Origin: an uncultured Nitrososphaerota archaeon
GTDB lineage: Archaea > Thermoproteota > EX4484-205 > JAAOZO01
NCBI GenBank assembly: GCA_964408285.1
Contig: CAYOYV010000015.1
Location: 1 to 42,442, forward strand
Direction: 5' to 3'
Length of the DNA: 42,442 bases
Notes under the pieces: model-generated
The model's input: the letters and a program-made list of their open reading frames with translations, nothing else
Told to the model about the DNA's origin: nothing
Databases searched by the model: none
Part shown: in pieces, positions 41,180-42,442 of the stretch
How the letters are laid out: each line of letters starts with the position of its first letter
How positions within the stretch are numbered: position 1 is the first letter of the stretch
Position numbers and translations under genes: made by a program

Positions 41180-41968
41180 ATGAACGCGGTGATTCGAACC
41201 GAAAAGCTATCGAAGTATTATGGCAACAAGGGAGAAATCAAGGCCCTGAATGAACTCGACCTTGAGGTCTACGATGGAGAAACCTTTGGCCTCCTCGGTC
41301 CCAATGGAGCGGGCAAGACAACGACCGTTCGATTATTGAATTGTCTGATAAAGCCAACTAATGGCACAGCTACAGTGAATGGCTACAGCATTCTCAAAGA
41401 TGAAGACAAGGTGAAGCGCGCCACAGGTCTGCTCGCAGAGTCCCCGGGATCATATGACAAACTCAGCGCCAGTGAGTTTCTTGAGTTCATGGGCGCCCTC
41501 TATGATGTCCCAAGTGATATTCTGCCGGCAAGGATAGATGACCTACTGAAGCTTTTCGGGCTCTTTGACAGGCGTGATTACCTACTCGAGGGCTACAGCA
41601 CAGGTATGAAACAGAAGGTGTTGATCGCAGCTGCGCTGGTCCATGATCCTCCCATCTTATTCCTTGACGAGCCAACGTCGAACTTGGATCCCAGTGCCGC
41701 TCACGTAGTAAAGGATCTGGTCAAGGAACTCTCGGAGAGTGCGGGCAAGACCATCTTCATTTGCAGCCATATGCTACCGACCGTAGAGGAGCTTTGTGAT
41801 AGGATCGGCATTATCAATCAGGGGAAACTCGTCGCCTTGGGTACCGTACATGAGATCATCGCTCAAACGAAAACGGGTACCTTGGAGCAAGCGTATATTG
41901 CCATAACCGGCGGCATCGAAGAGAAGGAACTATTGGCGTGGAGGGAGCATAGACGTGCCAGTCCCTAA
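41180..41968 (+). CDS. ABC-2 type exporter ATP-binding protein
   Basis: GPNGAGKTT, YSTGMKQ, LFLDEPT, CSH. Confidence 0.96.
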   Translation: MNAVIRTEKLSKYYGNKGEIKALNELDLEVYDGETFGLLGPNGAGKTTTVRLLNCLIKPTNGTATVNGYSILKDEDKVKRATGLLAESPGSYDKLSASEFLEFMGALYDVPSDILPARIDDLLKLFGLFDRRDYLLEGYSTGMKQKVLIAAALVHDPPILFLDEPTSNLDPSAAHVVKDLVKELSESAGKTIFICSHMLPTVEELCDRIGIINQGKLVALGTVHEIIAQTKTGTLEQAYIAITGGIEEKELLAWREHRRASP

Positions 41969-42442
41969 ATGGTTCGTGATCGCTAAGAACGAGTACCTTG
42001 TGCGTACCAGCACATTCAGGTCGATTCGGCGCTATCTTCCGTTCATCGTCATACCGACCCTAGCGGTCTATGTGGCATTCATCGCCCCGGCAATGGTCAA
42101 TCTCCTCATCGATGAGTTACTCGCGTTGTTCCTATCCCAAGTGGCGGTTGCGGTCGTTCAGATCCTGTTGTTCACGATATTCTCCTACTTCATCGTGCTC
42201 CCGATTGCGGGTGCATTGAGACAGACGGAGATGGGTCGGATTCAGATCCTCGTTTCTGCTCCAGTAAGGCCAAGTGATGTTTTGCTCGGCGAATTCCTAG
42301 GTGCAGTGCCTTTGTACACTGTAGTCGTTACGATAGTCGCTGGTCTTTTCACTGCTGCACTGAATCCTCTCGGGCTGGACTTGGCTCAGATGGGCATAAT
42401 CATCGCGATTTTCATCCTCACCCTCTTTTCTGGTCTCTGGAT
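41955..42442 (+). CDS. ABC exporter permease (partial, runs off the window)
   Basis: Open frame from GTG 41955: VPKWFVIAKNEY..., several transmembrane segments, LVSAPVRPSDVLLGEFL. Confidence 0.85.
   Translation, partial: MPVPKWFVIAKNEYLVRTSTFRSIRRYLPFIVIPTLAVYVAFIAPAMVNLLIDELLALFLSQVAVAVVQILLFTIFSYFIVLPIAGALRQTEMGRIQILVSAPVRPSDVLLGEFLGAVPLYTVVVTIVAGLFTAALNPLGLDLAQMGIIIAIFILTLFSGLW

Overview
Core-genome window of an archaeon, most likely from the TACK superphylum. The evidence is a 16S-23S operon with no spacer tRNA, an unlinked 5S gene, an HMf-type histone, and CdvA-like and DUF1512 genes; the exact lineage cannot be fixed from sequence alone. It carries the 16S 3' end, 23S rRNA, RNase P RNA, 5S rRNA, four tRNAs, tsr3, dnaG, pheST, coaD, map, nep1, the rps19e-to-rpl12 ribosomal/secretion cluster, tyrS, class II HMG-CoA reductase, rps10, rtcB, archease and a few accessory regulators and transporters. 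The striking feature is ten bulge-helix-bulge (BHB)-type introns spread over four RNA classes. These are a 21-nt stop-containing intron in the dnaG coding sequence, a 17-nt intron in 5S rRNA, a 186-nt ORF-less 23S intron, and seven tRNA introns, including four in one tRNA-Pro(CGG) and a 9-nt one in tRNA-Ser(UGA). The dnaG and 5S introns share the same AC|AGG junction and C-UAAC-G hairpin, and the RtcB ligase and archease genes lie in the same window. An unassigned, highly structured ~200-nt RNA candidate lies at 6123-6318 (minus strand). All splicing calls are predictions from hand-folding and restoration of conserved sequence; none is experimentally shown.
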